Shown here: in pieces, positions 17,243 through 26,171 of the stretch
How the letters are laid out: the number at the start of each line of letters is the position of its first letter
Numbering within the stretch: position 1 is the first letter of the stretch
From: a virus
Lineage: Duplodnaviria; Caudoviricetes
Strand: one strand, 5' to 3'
IMG/VR virus record: IMGVR_UViG_3300049845_000287
Coordinates: 1 to 56,798 of that record
Length of the DNA stretch: 56,798 nucleotides
Position numbers and translations under genes: made by a program
Notes under the pieces: generated by a model
What the model saw: the letters and a program-made list of their open reading frames with translations, nothing else
Database searches by the model: none
What the model was told of the DNA's origin: nothing

Positions 17243-18481
17243 CTAGGGAGCCGAAGGCTCGAACACCTCGCCGTTGATGATGGCGAGTTCGTGGTCCGAC
17301 GCCTTGTACTTCAGCTCGACCAACATGGCGAGGTACTCCTGCTGGAACCTGACCCCTCCACCGACCGCGCCTTGGTACTTGACCCAGTCGTCGATCGCCT
17401 TCTCCATCTGCCACACGCAGATGGCGAGGAATCGGATGAGCCCGTCGGTCGAGTCCGTGTAGTCCTTCGCGCGTACGTTGTGCCCGTCGAAGCCGGGGAT
17501 ACCGACGGCGGTCGCATAGTCCAGCGCCCACCTCACAAGCTTGGTGTCCGGCTTCTTCGAGTTCACCTTGGTCGCGGCGAACGTGGTACGGATGGTGGTC
17601 GATGCACGCCAGAGCGCACGCATCTCACGCTTCAGCTTGTCGGCCGCCTTCTGTTCCTCGGTCTTTGGACCGGTGGTCCCCGACCGCTTCACACCGTGCA
17701 GCTCGGGCTGGTCGCACGAGTACACGATGTCACCTTCGTGAGTGATGAAAGCACAGTGGCCCGGGCACTCGGCGTGCTTCTTGGGCGTGAGCTTGAGCTT
17801 CTCGAGCTGCCAGTTATCGAGCCGTAGTGCGCTGCCGTCCCATGTCGTGGACACGGGGATGATACGCACGCCCGCGTCGGTGAGCTCGATGCGCGAGGCT
17901 TCGACCTTGGCGAGGCGTGCCCTGTTCTGGCGCTTGAGTTCGAGCTGGTGCTCGAAGTTGTCCGTGCCGACGGCGCCGAGCAGGTCGTCGTAGACCTCGG
18001 TGCCCTCGAACTCCAGCAGTCCTGCCATCTCGAGCAGGCTGGCGGTCTCGGGCATCTTGGCGACGACCTTCTTCTTTCCGGTGGCGATGGCGCGTGCGGC
18101 CTTGACCTCATCGGTCGAGGCGTTGCTCGCGGCCTGGATCTCCTCGTCGGTGTAGCCGAGGTCGATCATGGTCTGGAACCCGGCGGCCTGCTCGTGGCCC
18201 GTCAGGTCGGTACGCACCATGTTCTCGGCCATGATGCGGCCGATGTCGAGCTTGGGATCGGCTGCGTCGATGACGTTGCACTCGACGGTCTCCCAGTCCA
18301 GCGCCTTGGCTGCGGCCAGCCGGCGGTGACCGGCGACCACGATGTAGCCCTTGCCGTTCTTGGTCACGACGATGGGCTGGATGAGCCCGACCTTGGCCAT
18401 CGAGGTCACGAGCTCAGATACGCACGGCTTGCTGCGTGGTTGCAGAGGGTTCGGACGGATGTCCTTCACCAGGATCTGCAT
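17243..18481 (-). CDS. ParB/Spo0J-family protein
   Basis: IRPNPLQPR, GLIQPIVV, VVAGHRRLAA, EN..R.DL motifs; GGAGG RBS before the ATG at 18481. Confidence 0.88.
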   Translation of the reverse strand: MQILVKDIRPNPLQPRSKPCVSELVTSMAKVGLIQPIVVTKNGKGYIVVAGHRRLAAAKALDWETVECNVIDAADPKLDIGRIMAENMVRTDLTGHEQAAGFQTMIDLGYTDEEIQAASNASTDEVKAARAIATGKKKVVAKMPETASLLEMAGLLEFEGTEVYDDLLGAVGTDNFEHQLELKRQNRARLAKVEASRIELTDAGVRIIPVSTTWDGSALRLDNWQLEKLKLTPKKHAECPGHCAFITHEGDIVYSCDQPELHGVKRSGTTGPKTEEQKAADKLKREMRALWRASTTIRTTFAATKVNSKKPDTKLVRWALDYATAVGIPGFDGHNVRAKDYTDSTDGLIRFLAICVWQMEKAIDDWVKYQGAVGGGVRFQQEYLAMLVELKYKASDHELAIINGEVFEPSAP

Positions 18482-18737
18482 GTGATTCCTCCTTCTGTGG
18501 TTGACGGCATTTGTTGCACGCACGGTGGCCGCCCGAGAAGAACCCGAGCTGGCCACAGTACGGGCATCGTTGGGTGGGGATGCGTTCGTAGCGACGACCG
18601 ACTTCCCCACGGGTGACCAGTATCTGCGCCTCTTCAGGTGTGGGCTCTGGAACGTCCACGGCGTAGCGCATGCGCAGATACGGTGAGCTCATGACACGAG
18701 CCGCGTCTTCAGCAGCGAAGTAGTCGTCCGGTCTCAT
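18414..18737 (-). CDS. hypothetical protein with CxxC..CxxC zinc ribbon
   Basis: ATGA-coupled start; CPYC and CNKC. Confidence 0.55.
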   Translation of the reverse strand: MRPDDYFAAEDAARVMSSPYLRMRYAVDVPEPTPEEAQILVTRGEVGRRYERIPTQRCPYCGQLGFFSGGHRACNKCRQPQKEESHADPGEGHPSEPSATTQQAVRI

Positions 18738-19117
18738 GACACGTCACGCACCTGGATCTTGGAGCCTCGCTTCTCGACGATGTCACCGACTGCGAAGACA
18801 GCGGCTATCTCGAGCAGTTCCTTGGCGCCCGCCACCAGTTCCTCGGCGGTGAAGGTGTCTTTGCCCCACGCCTTCTGCTCGGAGATACCGAACATCGTGC
18901 AGTAGTCGAGCTCGGTCATGCCCGACTCGACCACCTTGGCTGTGGTCGTGGCTTTGCGTGACTGCATACCGGAGAACGAACGCCGGCAGCCACACTTGCC
19001 GTCGATCTTCTCGCCGTCGCACTCCAAGGAGAAGCCGACCGGCTCCCCCTCTTCGCACCAGGCGAAGTCGTTCTTGCGCTTACCTTGTGTCTTGTGCGTC
19101 GCCACCAGTATCTTCAC
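18734..19117 (-). CDS. hypothetical protein resembling an actinobacterial/actinophage family
   Basis: GTG start with GGAGGAGG RBS; KILVAT..TQG.R.NDF..C...CGCRRSF..ATTTA motif. Confidence 0.75.
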   Translation of the reverse strand: MKILVATHKTQGKRKNDFAWCEEGEPVGFSLECDGEKIDGKCGCRRSFSGMQSRKATTTAKVVESGMTELDYCTMFGISEQKAWGKDTFTAEELVAGAKELLEIAAVFAVGDIVEKRGSKIQVRDVS

Positions 19118-19268
19118 TGATGCCTCCTCCTGTGTTGATGACACGGACGAACTCGGCAGGGTAGAACCCTTCATCGGGGTCACCGTGTACGGCGTAACCC
19201 GGTGTGCCGTCGACTTCGACAGGCAGCACTTCGGTGACGATGCCTCCGTCTGTGAGGATGGCTGTCAT
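19080..19268 (-). CDS. small hypothetical protein
   Basis: TGATG-coupled, 62 aa. Confidence 0.55.
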   Translation of the reverse strand: MTAILTDGGIVTEVLPVEVDGTPGYAVHGDPDEGFYPAEFVRVINTGGGISEDTGGDAQDTR

Positions 19269-19621
19269 CAGACTTCCACCCACCCTCTGTGGTGACGGAG
19301 CAGGGCTCTGTCCTCAGCGATGACGAGGATGGTGATGAGGTCGAACCGTACCGGCATGTCGAGCTCGTGCTCGACCAGATAGCTCGTCACCATCCTGCGG
19401 TAGCGTCTGGTCATCGGTGGTGTGGCCAGCCGCATCGACTTGTCGGAGTTGCGTGTCGTCGTCACATTGGCGAACACGAGCACACCGTTGTTCTCGAGGG
19501 CTATCAGTCCCACCTTGCCATGCGTCGTGGGGTACTCACGTTCCACCACGGACAGGCCGGCTCGTTCGAGGTACGCCTCCGCTGCATCGAGACCACGTTC
19601 GGTCAATGACTTCGACGTCAC
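19268..19621 (-). CDS. yraN: YraN (UPF0102)-family protein with degenerate catalytic residues
   Basis: G...AEAYLE..GL.VVER, LIA...LVF, RFDLI.I motifs; the EVK motif is replaced by NVT. Confidence 0.8.
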   Translation of the reverse strand: MTSKSLTERGLDAAEAYLERAGLSVVEREYPTTHGKVGLIALENNGVLVFANVTTTRNSDKSMRLATPPMTRRYRRMVTSYLVEHELDMPVRFDLITILVIAEDRALLRHHRGWVEV

Positions 19622-19638
19622 GGCGTGTGACCTCCTTC

Positions 19639-19944
19639 CTAGTTGGGGCTTTGCTTGTCGATGAGCATCTGCTTGAGCATGTCGACGTCGGGATCCTTCT
19701 CCCTTGCCATGGCTGTCAGCTCGCCCATGTCGAGCTCGAACCCGGCCATCTCACAGACCAGGTCGAGAATGACCGAGAGCGTGCGTCCTGCCATGTCGGA
19801 GATGAACATGAACTTCACGCAGTCTTCGGCGTGGGCCTCGGCGTCCTTGGTCAGATACTCGTCGCGGCTCTCGCAGGCGGCCGCTGCCTTCTTCAATCTG
19901 TCGAGTGAATCGAGAGCGTCACGCTTCAGGTCGTCTGAGGCCAC
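19639..19944 (-). CDS. hypothetical protein
   Basis: GTG start with GAAGGAG RBS, 101 aa. Confidence 0.7.
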   Translation of the reverse strand: MASDDLKRDALDSLDRLKKAAAACESRDEYLTKDAEAHAEDCVKFMFISDMAGRTLSVILDLVCEMAGFELDMGELTAMAREKDPDVDMLKQMLIDKQSPN

Positions 19945-20030
19945 GACTCTCCTTCCTTCATGAGTGCATCTGACACCGCGCAGGGAGTGGGTGTTGATTC
20001 ACTATGCGCGGTGCCGCCACACACTCGTGG

Positions 20031-20321
20031 TCACAATGCTTCGAGCAGCTTTCGTGCGGCTGCCTCGGACAGGTGGAACACGGTATCGGCTCCGTCCGTC
20101 TCGACGAACTCACCGAGTGTGAGGTCGACCTCGCAGAGCTTGACGATGTTGACCTCTCTGCGGAGCGGGTCGTCCTCCGGGAACCGGGTGAAGTCCACTT
20201 CGACGAAGTCCTCTTTCGGGATGAGGATCGCGTCGTAGCCGACACCCTTGATGTAGATCTCCATCTCGCGCGTGGCGAGCAGTATCTTGCGGATGGGTCC
20301 GCTCACATCGTCAGGTGTCAT
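20031..20321 (-). CDS. hypothetical protein
   Basis: ATGA-coupled to the exonuclease gene. Confidence 0.7.
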   Translation of the reverse strand: MTPDDVSGPIRKILLATREMEIYIKGVGYDAILIPKEDFVEVDFTRFPEDDPLRREVNIVKLCEVDLTLGEFVETDGADTVFHLSEAAARKLLEAL

Positions 20322-21109
20322 AGGCCCAGCCCTTCAGGGCACAGGCTCTGCTCGTCGATGACGAGCTTGCACACGTCCGCCTCACTCAGGCCGGGCGGGA
20401 TGCCGAGCTTGCCCACGGTCACGTCGGCCGTGAGGTCGTAGTCGGCTGCCTTGCTCCAGTACGCCTTCGCTGTGGTGGCGATGGCTTCGAGCTCGGTCTC
20501 GAGTTCGGTGCGGCTGTATGCCTTGACGAACATCTGGTGCTTGGCACCCGGGTTATAGAGAACCAGGTAGCCGAAGTCGATGGTCGGCATGACGTAGAGC
20601 GCAGCCGCCAGTTGCCACCGCTCAGGCAGCTGCATCTTGGGGATGCTCATGCCTGCGGCGTAGTGTGACGATGCGTTGTAGCTCTTGACCTCGGCGACCG
20701 AGATGGCCTCGATCTCTTCGGCAGCGTAGTCGACACGTCCGTCGACCGGCTGGATGCACGAGAGCGCATCGGGTGAGAAGGCCACACCATCGAGCGAGTG
20801 GACCATCGCATCGTCCCAGTGGTGGTAGCTGTGGCTCAACGCGTGGACGAGTCCGGAATCGTTGAGCATGTCGATGGCGTAGCGTTCGAGCAGGTGTCCT
20901 CGTGCCATGACACCTCTGCTCTCGCAGTCCTCTTCGCGTACCACCGCTTGCTTGGTGGCCCACACGTCGCGGATCGCGTCCTCGATGGCGGCGGGTGACT
21001 TGGGCCTGCCTGTCGCTGTGACGCCCAGCATCTTCACGATGTCGGACGCGGTGATGTAGCTGCGTCGTGCGTCCAGCCATTCGTAGCTGGTCTTGTGATA
21101 CCAGTCCAT
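20318..21109 (-). CDS. YqaJ / lambda-exonuclease-family recombination nuclease
   Basis: WL..RR..ITASD, GHLLE, SPDAL, EVKS and WQL motifs. Confidence 0.85.
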   Translation of the reverse strand: MDWYHKTSYEWLDARRSYITASDIVKMLGVTATGRPKSPAAIEDAIRDVWATKQAVVREEDCESRGVMARGHLLERYAIDMLNDSGLVHALSHSYHHWDDAMVHSLDGVAFSPDALSCIQPVDGRVDYAAEEIEAISVAEVKSYNASSHYAAGMSIPKMQLPERWQLAAALYVMPTIDFGYLVLYNPGAKHQMFVKAYSRTELETELEAIATTAKAYWSKAADYDLTADVTVGKLGIPPGLSEADVCKLVIDEQSLCPEGLGL

Positions 21110-21198
21110 CGGTCCTCCTCTCCAGTGCGACGGAGAAGGGACGGCACATAGGCCGCCCCTTCATTCCCGTCGACGGGAAGCTGAATAGACTAACGTCA

Positions 21199-21627
21199 TC
21201 AGGCACACGAGTGGACGGTGAGCCTATTCTTCGACACCGTCCTGCCGCATCGTTCGCACTCCACCTTCTCCCACTTGTGAGAGTCGTGGTGTGCATGGCA
21301 CTTGGGACAGAGCCATTCGACACGAAGCGGTTGTGCGTGATCTTCATGGTGAGCATGGATCGACTTGGTACTTCCGCATCGGCAGACCGTCGGCCGGACC
21401 AAAGCTCCGGTCTCTATCGCAGCGGCCACCGCCTTGTTGGCGTTGTACTTCGAGGGGTTCTTCTCACACATGCGGAGCCTGGTCTCCAGCACCAGTTGAG
21501 GGTCACGCCTTCTGGTCCTGGCTTTCACGCATGTCTTGCATACGTTGAGGTGACCATCCTTCAGTTCCTTGTGTTCGTAGAACTCGTCGATCGGCTTCAC
21601 CTCGTGGCACTCGATGCAAGGTTTCAT
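21199..21627 (-). CDS. HNH endonuclease (free-standing, homing-endonuclease-like)
   Basis: N-terminal CxxC..K...EF..DG...CKxC zinc domain; HAHHED..L.VEWLC.KCH. Confidence 0.85.
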   Translation of the reverse strand: MKPCIECHEVKPIDEFYEHKELKDGHLNVCKTCVKARTRRRDPQLVLETRLRMCEKNPSKYNANKAVAAAIETGALVRPTVCRCGSTKSIHAHHEDHAQPLRVEWLCPKCHAHHDSHKWEKVECERCGRTVSKNRLTVHSCA

Positions 21628-21668
21628 GTCAGTCCTTTCTACATGTACTACTTGCATCGAGTCTACCA
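21609..21668 (-). promoter_or_regulatory. extended -10 promoter overlapping a hairpin that encloses the HNH RBS and start codon
   Basis: TGGTAGACT at 21668-21660; 12-bp perfect inverted repeat 21609-21620 / 21651-21662. Confidence 0.7.
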
Positions 21669-21682
21669 CGAGCTAGTCCATT

Positions 21683-22351
21683 TCAGAAGGGCAGGTCGTC
21701 GCCTTCGACCACGGGCGAACCGGGCGCTGCGGCTGCGGCTGCGGCTGCGGCGTGCGCTGCTGCCGGGTCGGCCGCGGCTGCGGCTCCGGTCGCCATCGCC
21801 GGATTCATCGTGCCGCCCGACACGCTGGTGTTGTGATACACCTTGGGCAGCAGGTAGATCGGGTCGATCGGATTGGCAGGGTCGGGCGCGTAGGGCGCAC
21901 CGGGTGCGGTGGCCGACACGTCTTCGACCGTCCACGGGCGCGGGTTGTTGCGGCCATAGCCGAACCCCGGAGGCGGCGCGACGGTCGTGACCTTGATAGT
22001 CTTGCCGATGAGCTGGGTGAACTGGTCGCCTCCGCCCGCGATGGCGAGCTTGTAGAGGTCGATGTGGACGTGCGGCTTGAGGCCCTGCTTGGCCTCCTTG
22101 CCGGCAGGTGTGATGGTCCAGGTGCGGTAGCCGCCCTTGGGTCCGACCAGCACGAGCCGGATGTTCATCTTCGGATTGCCGTCAGGCCAGAACGCCGGGC
22201 CGGTCGGGCGACCGTCGGCGCTGAACTCGTTGGCCTGCACTTCCTGGATGGCTGCCACCGTGCCGATGAGCTCGAGCGCGAAGCCCGCGTCATCAGGTCG
22301 GGAGTAGTTCCAGTTGTGGCTGTCCCCCGACGGGACTGGGTTGAGACTCAT
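21683..22351 (-). CDS. putative single-stranded DNA-binding protein
   Basis: 222 aa, W.DGNPKM motif, Ala-rich linker, acidic C-terminal tail GDDLPF. Confidence 0.65.
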   Translation of the reverse strand: MSLNPVPSGDSHNWNYSRPDDAGFALELIGTVAAIQEVQANEFSADGRPTGPAFWPDGNPKMNIRLVLVGPKGGYRTWTITPAGKEAKQGLKPHVHIDLYKLAIAGGGDQFTQLIGKTIKVTTVAPPPGFGYGRNNPRPWTVEDVSATAPGAPYAPDPANPIDPIYLLPKVYHNTSVSGGTMNPAMATGAAAAADPAAAHAAAAAAAAAPGSPVVEGDDLPF

Positions 22352-22725
22352 TGTGCTCCTTCCGTGCCGATGAACGTGTAGTCCATCGGCTTCCAGATGT
22401 GTCGTAGATCGTTGATGTTGTAGCTGCCGTAGTGCCTGTGCAGCCTGCCGAGCTTGACGCGCCAGGACTCTGACCACGCTTCGAGATGCTTACGCTGCAT
22501 GTTGGTCAGCGTGTCTTCCATCATCTCCTCGAAGTCGTCGACGTAGTACCGCTCGGGTCTCAGCGGATGGCCGTCGGTCATCTCTCCGATGCGGACGATG
22601 ACGAACCAGTTGACCATGTCGTTGTTGCGTCTGCCCTGCGTGAACGACAGGTCGTCGTTCTCGATCATGCGGAGCAGTCGCTCCGGTCCGAACGAGCAGG
22701 GGTCAGCCACATACTGGCTAGTCAC
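22348..22725 (-). CDS. hypothetical protein
   Basis: 125 aa, coupled to neighbours on both sides. Confidence 0.7.
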   Translation of the reverse strand: MTSQYVADPCSFGPERLLRMIENDDLSFTQGRRNNDMVNWFVIVRIGEMTDGHPLRPERYYVDDFEEMMEDTLTNMQRKHLEAWSESWRVKLGRLHRHYGSYNINDLRHIWKPMDYTFIGTEGAQ

Positions 22726-22864
22726 CGTCGTCCACCATGGCGCCGTAGCCCTCCATCAGCATCTTGCTGATCTCGGCCTCGTCCATGATCTCGCCGCGAC
22801 CGAGCTTCGCCCAGTCCGACTTGCCGTACTGCTTGATGCCCATGATGAGATCGTAGAGTGTCAA
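22718..22864 (-). CDS. small hypothetical protein
   Basis: TTG start with GGGAGG RBS, 48 aa. Confidence 0.55.
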   Translation of the reverse strand: MTLYDLIMGIKQYGKSDWAKLGRGEIMDEAEISKMLMEGYGAMVDDGD

Positions 22865-22868
22865 GGTG

Positions 22869-23666
22869 TTACCTCCCTTCGGTCTCTCGTCGATTGCGCT
22901 GGTCGAGCCTGACCTTGAGATAGGTCTTGAGTGCAGACCAGAACTCACGGTTGAGCGTCGCGCGCGGCACACCGTTGGACACCTTGTCCTTGGTGTAGAC
23001 CGCGGCGTTCTTCTGGTTGCCCATCAGGTCGAGCTTGGCATACGGGAAATGGCTGATGGGGATCTGCCTGTCGGTCTCGAAGTACAGGTGGAATGACCCC
23101 GGCTTCGCAGGATTTTCCCAGGTTTCTGTGAAGTTCCGATACCTGTTGCCGAACTCGATGACCTGCTCGTCGACCTCTCCGTGTCCGACACCGTCGATGT
23201 CGATGACGATGAAGGTCTGAGCGTAGAGGTTCTGACCCACCCAGCCGCACGGTGACAGGGCTTGCGCCTCTGCCCTCTCGTACAGGGTGGGCTTGTACTC
23301 TTGCGAGTAGCCCCACTTCTGGAGCGGCAGGTTCTGGTCCGAGCACGGGAACCACCTGCGGTCCGTGCCTGTCCAGCCTCGTGGCCACTTGTCGAAGTCA
23401 CGCAGCTTGGAGTCGGGCACGGCGATGAAGTTCTCGCTGCCCGGTTTGAGCAGCGGGTTGAGCACTGAGGACTGGCGGGATGTCCGGTAGTTCCAGTTCC
23501 CCTCTTGCCACGCTCGCGCGTCCTTCTCTCGGAGCGGGAGGTCGAGCTCGGTGCAGAGTGCGACGCACTTCTCGAACGTCACACCCATGCACCCGGCTCG
23601 GAACATGGCGAAGTAGGGAGACTCTCCCTTGTGGAACAGGTCCTGCCAGTCAAGCTCACCAGGCAC
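22869..23666 (-). CDS. Prim-Pol (AEP superfamily) type primase
   Basis: WFPC...PL.KW, FIVIDIDG (DxD) and GSFHLYF motifs. Confidence 0.75.
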   Translation of the reverse strand: MPGELDWQDLFHKGESPYFAMFRAGCMGVTFEKCVALCTELDLPLREKDARAWQEGNWNYRTSRQSSVLNPLLKPGSENFIAVPDSKLRDFDKWPRGWTGTDRRWFPCSDQNLPLQKWGYSQEYKPTLYERAEAQALSPCGWVGQNLYAQTFIVIDIDGVGHGEVDEQVIEFGNRYRNFTETWENPAKPGSFHLYFETDRQIPISHFPYAKLDLMGNQKNAAVYTKDKVSNGVPRATLNREFWSALKTYLKVRLDQRNRRETEGR

Positions 23667-24696
23667 GACCGGATCCCTTCCAGATCGGCACGTCGAACAG
23701 CTTGGATGGACGCTGTGTCGCTGCCGTGACCACCTCGTTGTCGAGCTCACTGACCTGCGTGGCTGACATGTAGGCGATGAGCTTGCCCATGAAGTAGGTG
23801 GTCTCCTTGCTCTCATTGGGATTGGGCACGTCGGCCTCGGTGAAGAACGTCTTGAGGTCGGCCAGTGTCTCGCACTGATCGAGCGACTCGATGATGGCGA
23901 GCAGAGCCTTGTCCTCTTCAGGAGTCTCGGTGATGCCGCTCTGCTCGGTCGCCCAGCCCAGCAACCGTGCCTTCGTCTTCTCGAACGTGGTGTCGTCTCT
24001 GAAGCTGGCGTAGATGGAGTGGACCATGGCCGGCGCTATCCCACCGGTCAGCCAGAACGGATCGTCACGTCGGATCTGAGTGGCGATGCGGATGAGGTTC
24101 TCCATCGTGCGTGGAGTCCAGTAGTTCCAGTCCGTGGCGGAAGCAAAGCCCTGCTTGTACTGGTCAGTGATGGCCTGGATGATGCGCTTGTCAGGCTCCA
24201 CGCCCCACGTCAGACGCATGTACTTGACCCAGGTGTCCGGGTGCCAGTTGACCGTCACCCACCAGAAGCGTTGCTTGGTCTGAGGCAGCAGCTCGCATCG
24301 TCCTTGAGGATTACCCATGGCCACGATGACCAGTGACGGGAGCTTCTTGCCCGAGAGCATGGTGCGTTCCTGGATGAGGGTGAGGCAGGCGTTGAGCGTC
24401 TGGATGTTGCCGTTGGTGAACTCGTCGAACGCGAGCACGTCACCATCCTCGAGCTCGAGCAGGGTGGAGTAGTCGAACACCTCCATCTGCTGCGTGTCAG
24501 GCACGGGCATCGGCATGCCGCTGATCTCGGATGGCATGCGTTGGCTGATGATGAGTTCGCAGTACCGCTTGTCGTGGGCTTCGGCCCACTGCTTGACCTG
24601 CGATGTCTTGCTCAGTCCGGGGTCCGACATCAGCCCGAGTGCCACGTCGTCGCGGACCTTGTCGACCACGTCGAGCAGGTGTGTGATCTTGTCCAA
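23656..24696 (-). CDS. MoxR-like AAA+ ATPase
   Basis: Walker A variant SDPGLSKT, EISGMP, Walker B LAFDEF, L.LIQER, VAMGNP, QRF, TPR. Confidence 0.85.
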   Translation of the reverse strand: MDKITHLLDVVDKVRDDVALGLMSDPGLSKTSQVKQWAEAHDKRYCELIISQRMPSEISGMPMPVPDTQQMEVFDYSTLLELEDGDVLAFDEFTNGNIQTLNACLTLIQERTMLSGKKLPSLVIVAMGNPQGRCELLPQTKQRFWWVTVNWHPDTWVKYMRLTWGVEPDKRIIQAITDQYKQGFASATDWNYWTPRTMENLIRIATQIRRDDPFWLTGGIAPAMVHSIYASFRDDTTFEKTKARLLGWATEQSGITETPEEDKALLAIIESLDQCETLADLKTFFTEADVPNPNESKETTYFMGKLIAYMSATQVSELDNEVVTAATQRPSKLFDVPIWKGSGRAW

Positions 24697-25080
24697 CTAA
24701 TACCCTCCCTTCGCATGCTCGGCGAAGTCGTCGAGATACCAGAACAGCATCCCGTCCTCTGACCAGACCTCGTAGTCCTTGACCGAGCGTCCATGCTTGG
24801 CGATGACGAGAAACCCTCGCACGCTTCCGACATTGGACGCCTCGGTCTTGGTCTCATCGAGCCAGTCCTGCCGCTGCTTGCGGCTGACGTTGACGGTCTG
24901 TCTGCCACCCTTGACTTCGAGCACGGCCGAGACACAGCCATGCCCGCCTCTGATGTGGATGTCACCTTGGTCGGACTGTCCTTTGAGCACGACACGGTAG
25001 GCGTCGAGCCCGGCCGCCAAGAGTTCCTTGACGACACGGGTCTCGGCCGCCGTGCCTTTGGCTTTCGGCTTGTTCACCAT
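24697..25080 (-). CDS. Holliday junction resolvase (PD-(D/E)xK, Hjc-like)
   Basis: KAKGTAAE, DQGDI and LEVK motifs. Confidence 0.8.
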   Translation of the reverse strand: MVNKPKAKGTAAETRVVKELLAAGLDAYRVVLKGQSDQGDIHIRGGHGCVSAVLEVKGGRQTVNVSRKQRQDWLDETKTEASNVGSVRGFLVIAKHGRSVKDYEVWSEDGMLFWYLDDFAEHAKGGY

Positions 25081-26087
25081 CGGCGCTCTGTCCTCGTGAA
25101 GAACTTCGCCCAGTCCGTGTGGTGATGGACCGTGGCGTCGGGACAGGCACGCATGGCCCAGCGGCAGTAGCCTGCGCCGTGCGTGTAGCTGCGTCCGTAG
25201 GTGTCGTTCTCCATGCAGAAGAACGAGTAGATGTTCTCGATCCTGAGCTTGGCCAGCTCATCGTGCAGCTTCGACTCGTAGCTCTCGGGGTTGTCCGAGT
25301 CACCGAAGCAGATGATGTTGCGGTAGTTCATGTCGCGGGTGCGCAGGATCTCGTTGAACATCCGGCCTTCGTTGGCGTAGTTGATGCGCCGGCGCACGTC
25401 ACGGATGTCGAGGCGCCTGGCCTCTTCATTGGTGAAGAACTCGGAGCGGCCGCCGGTGATGATGACGTCGGCGTTGGTGATGTCGCTGATCGTGGCGATG
25501 AGCATCAGCATCCCGGTCGAGACACCGTCGGGAATGGATCCCGAGATGTCGAGGATGACCAGGTTGCGTGCCTTCGGCATCTCCACCAGCGAGCCGACAC
25601 ACAGACCGAGCTTCTTGTTGTAGCCGTCGGCCCACTCGAAGTTGTTCGTCACGTTGACGCTGATCGCTTCGCGGATGTCGGTCATGAAGACCGGCAGCAT
25701 CTTGAGATCGGCGAGCATGTCGAGGTCGATGTAGGTCGAGCGGTCCTGAGCCAACACCTCGAACGGTGTGGTGATGAGCTCGTTGGACCCGGTCGAATAC
25801 GTCGTGCCCGACGAGCCATCGTCAGACGGACGCATGAACACACGCTCGGGCTCGAAGGGCAGACCCGTCGCGTCTTGGTAGATGACCTCCCAATCCAAGT
25901 ACCCGTGCTTCTTCATGAGGATGGGCACGAGCAGTCTGAAGATGAGCGGGAAGTCCACCTTGGTGCCGATGACATACGGTATGCCGGGCGGTGGCGCTTC
26001 CTCTTCGGGCTCGACCAGGTAGATCTCGGGCCAGCCTGTGAACGCTCTGTTCTTCAGAGTCATGGGAAGTTCGATGCGTGTAGCCAC
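25074..26087 (-). CDS. VWA (von Willebrand A) domain protein
   Basis: MIDAS motif LVILDISGS and later ICFGD; near the MoxR ATPase. Confidence 0.78.
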   Translation of the reverse strand: MATRIELPMTLKNRAFTGWPEIYLVEPEEEAPPPGIPYVIGTKVDFPLIFRLLVPILMKKHGYLDWEVIYQDATGLPFEPERVFMRPSDDGSSGTTYSTGSNELITTPFEVLAQDRSTYIDLDMLADLKMLPVFMTDIREAISVNVTNNFEWADGYNKKLGLCVGSLVEMPKARNLVILDISGSIPDGVSTGMLMLIATISDITNADVIITGGRSEFFTNEEARRLDIRDVRRRINYANEGRMFNEILRTRDMNYRNIICFGDSDNPESYESKLHDELAKLRIENIYSFFCMENDTYGRSYTHGAGYCRWAMRACPDATVHHHTDWAKFFTRTERRW

Positions 26088-26113
26088 GTCGACCTTCCTT
26101 CCTGTGGAGTCGC

Positions 26114-26153
26114 CTACCCGCCGGGCAGCGGCATGTGCATACCCGGCGGGCAG
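26114..26153 (-). terminator. GC-rich hairpin downstream of the 26172 gene
   Basis: cccgccggg / cccggcggg inverted repeat; no U-tract. Confidence 0.4.
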
Positions 26154-26171
26154 TCATGGCGTGGATGTGGC

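Noticed and set aside
21726-21786. (GCTGCG)n microsatellite as a phase-variation tract
   Set aside because: In-frame hexamer encoding the Ala linker of the SSB-like protein; length changes would not shift the frame
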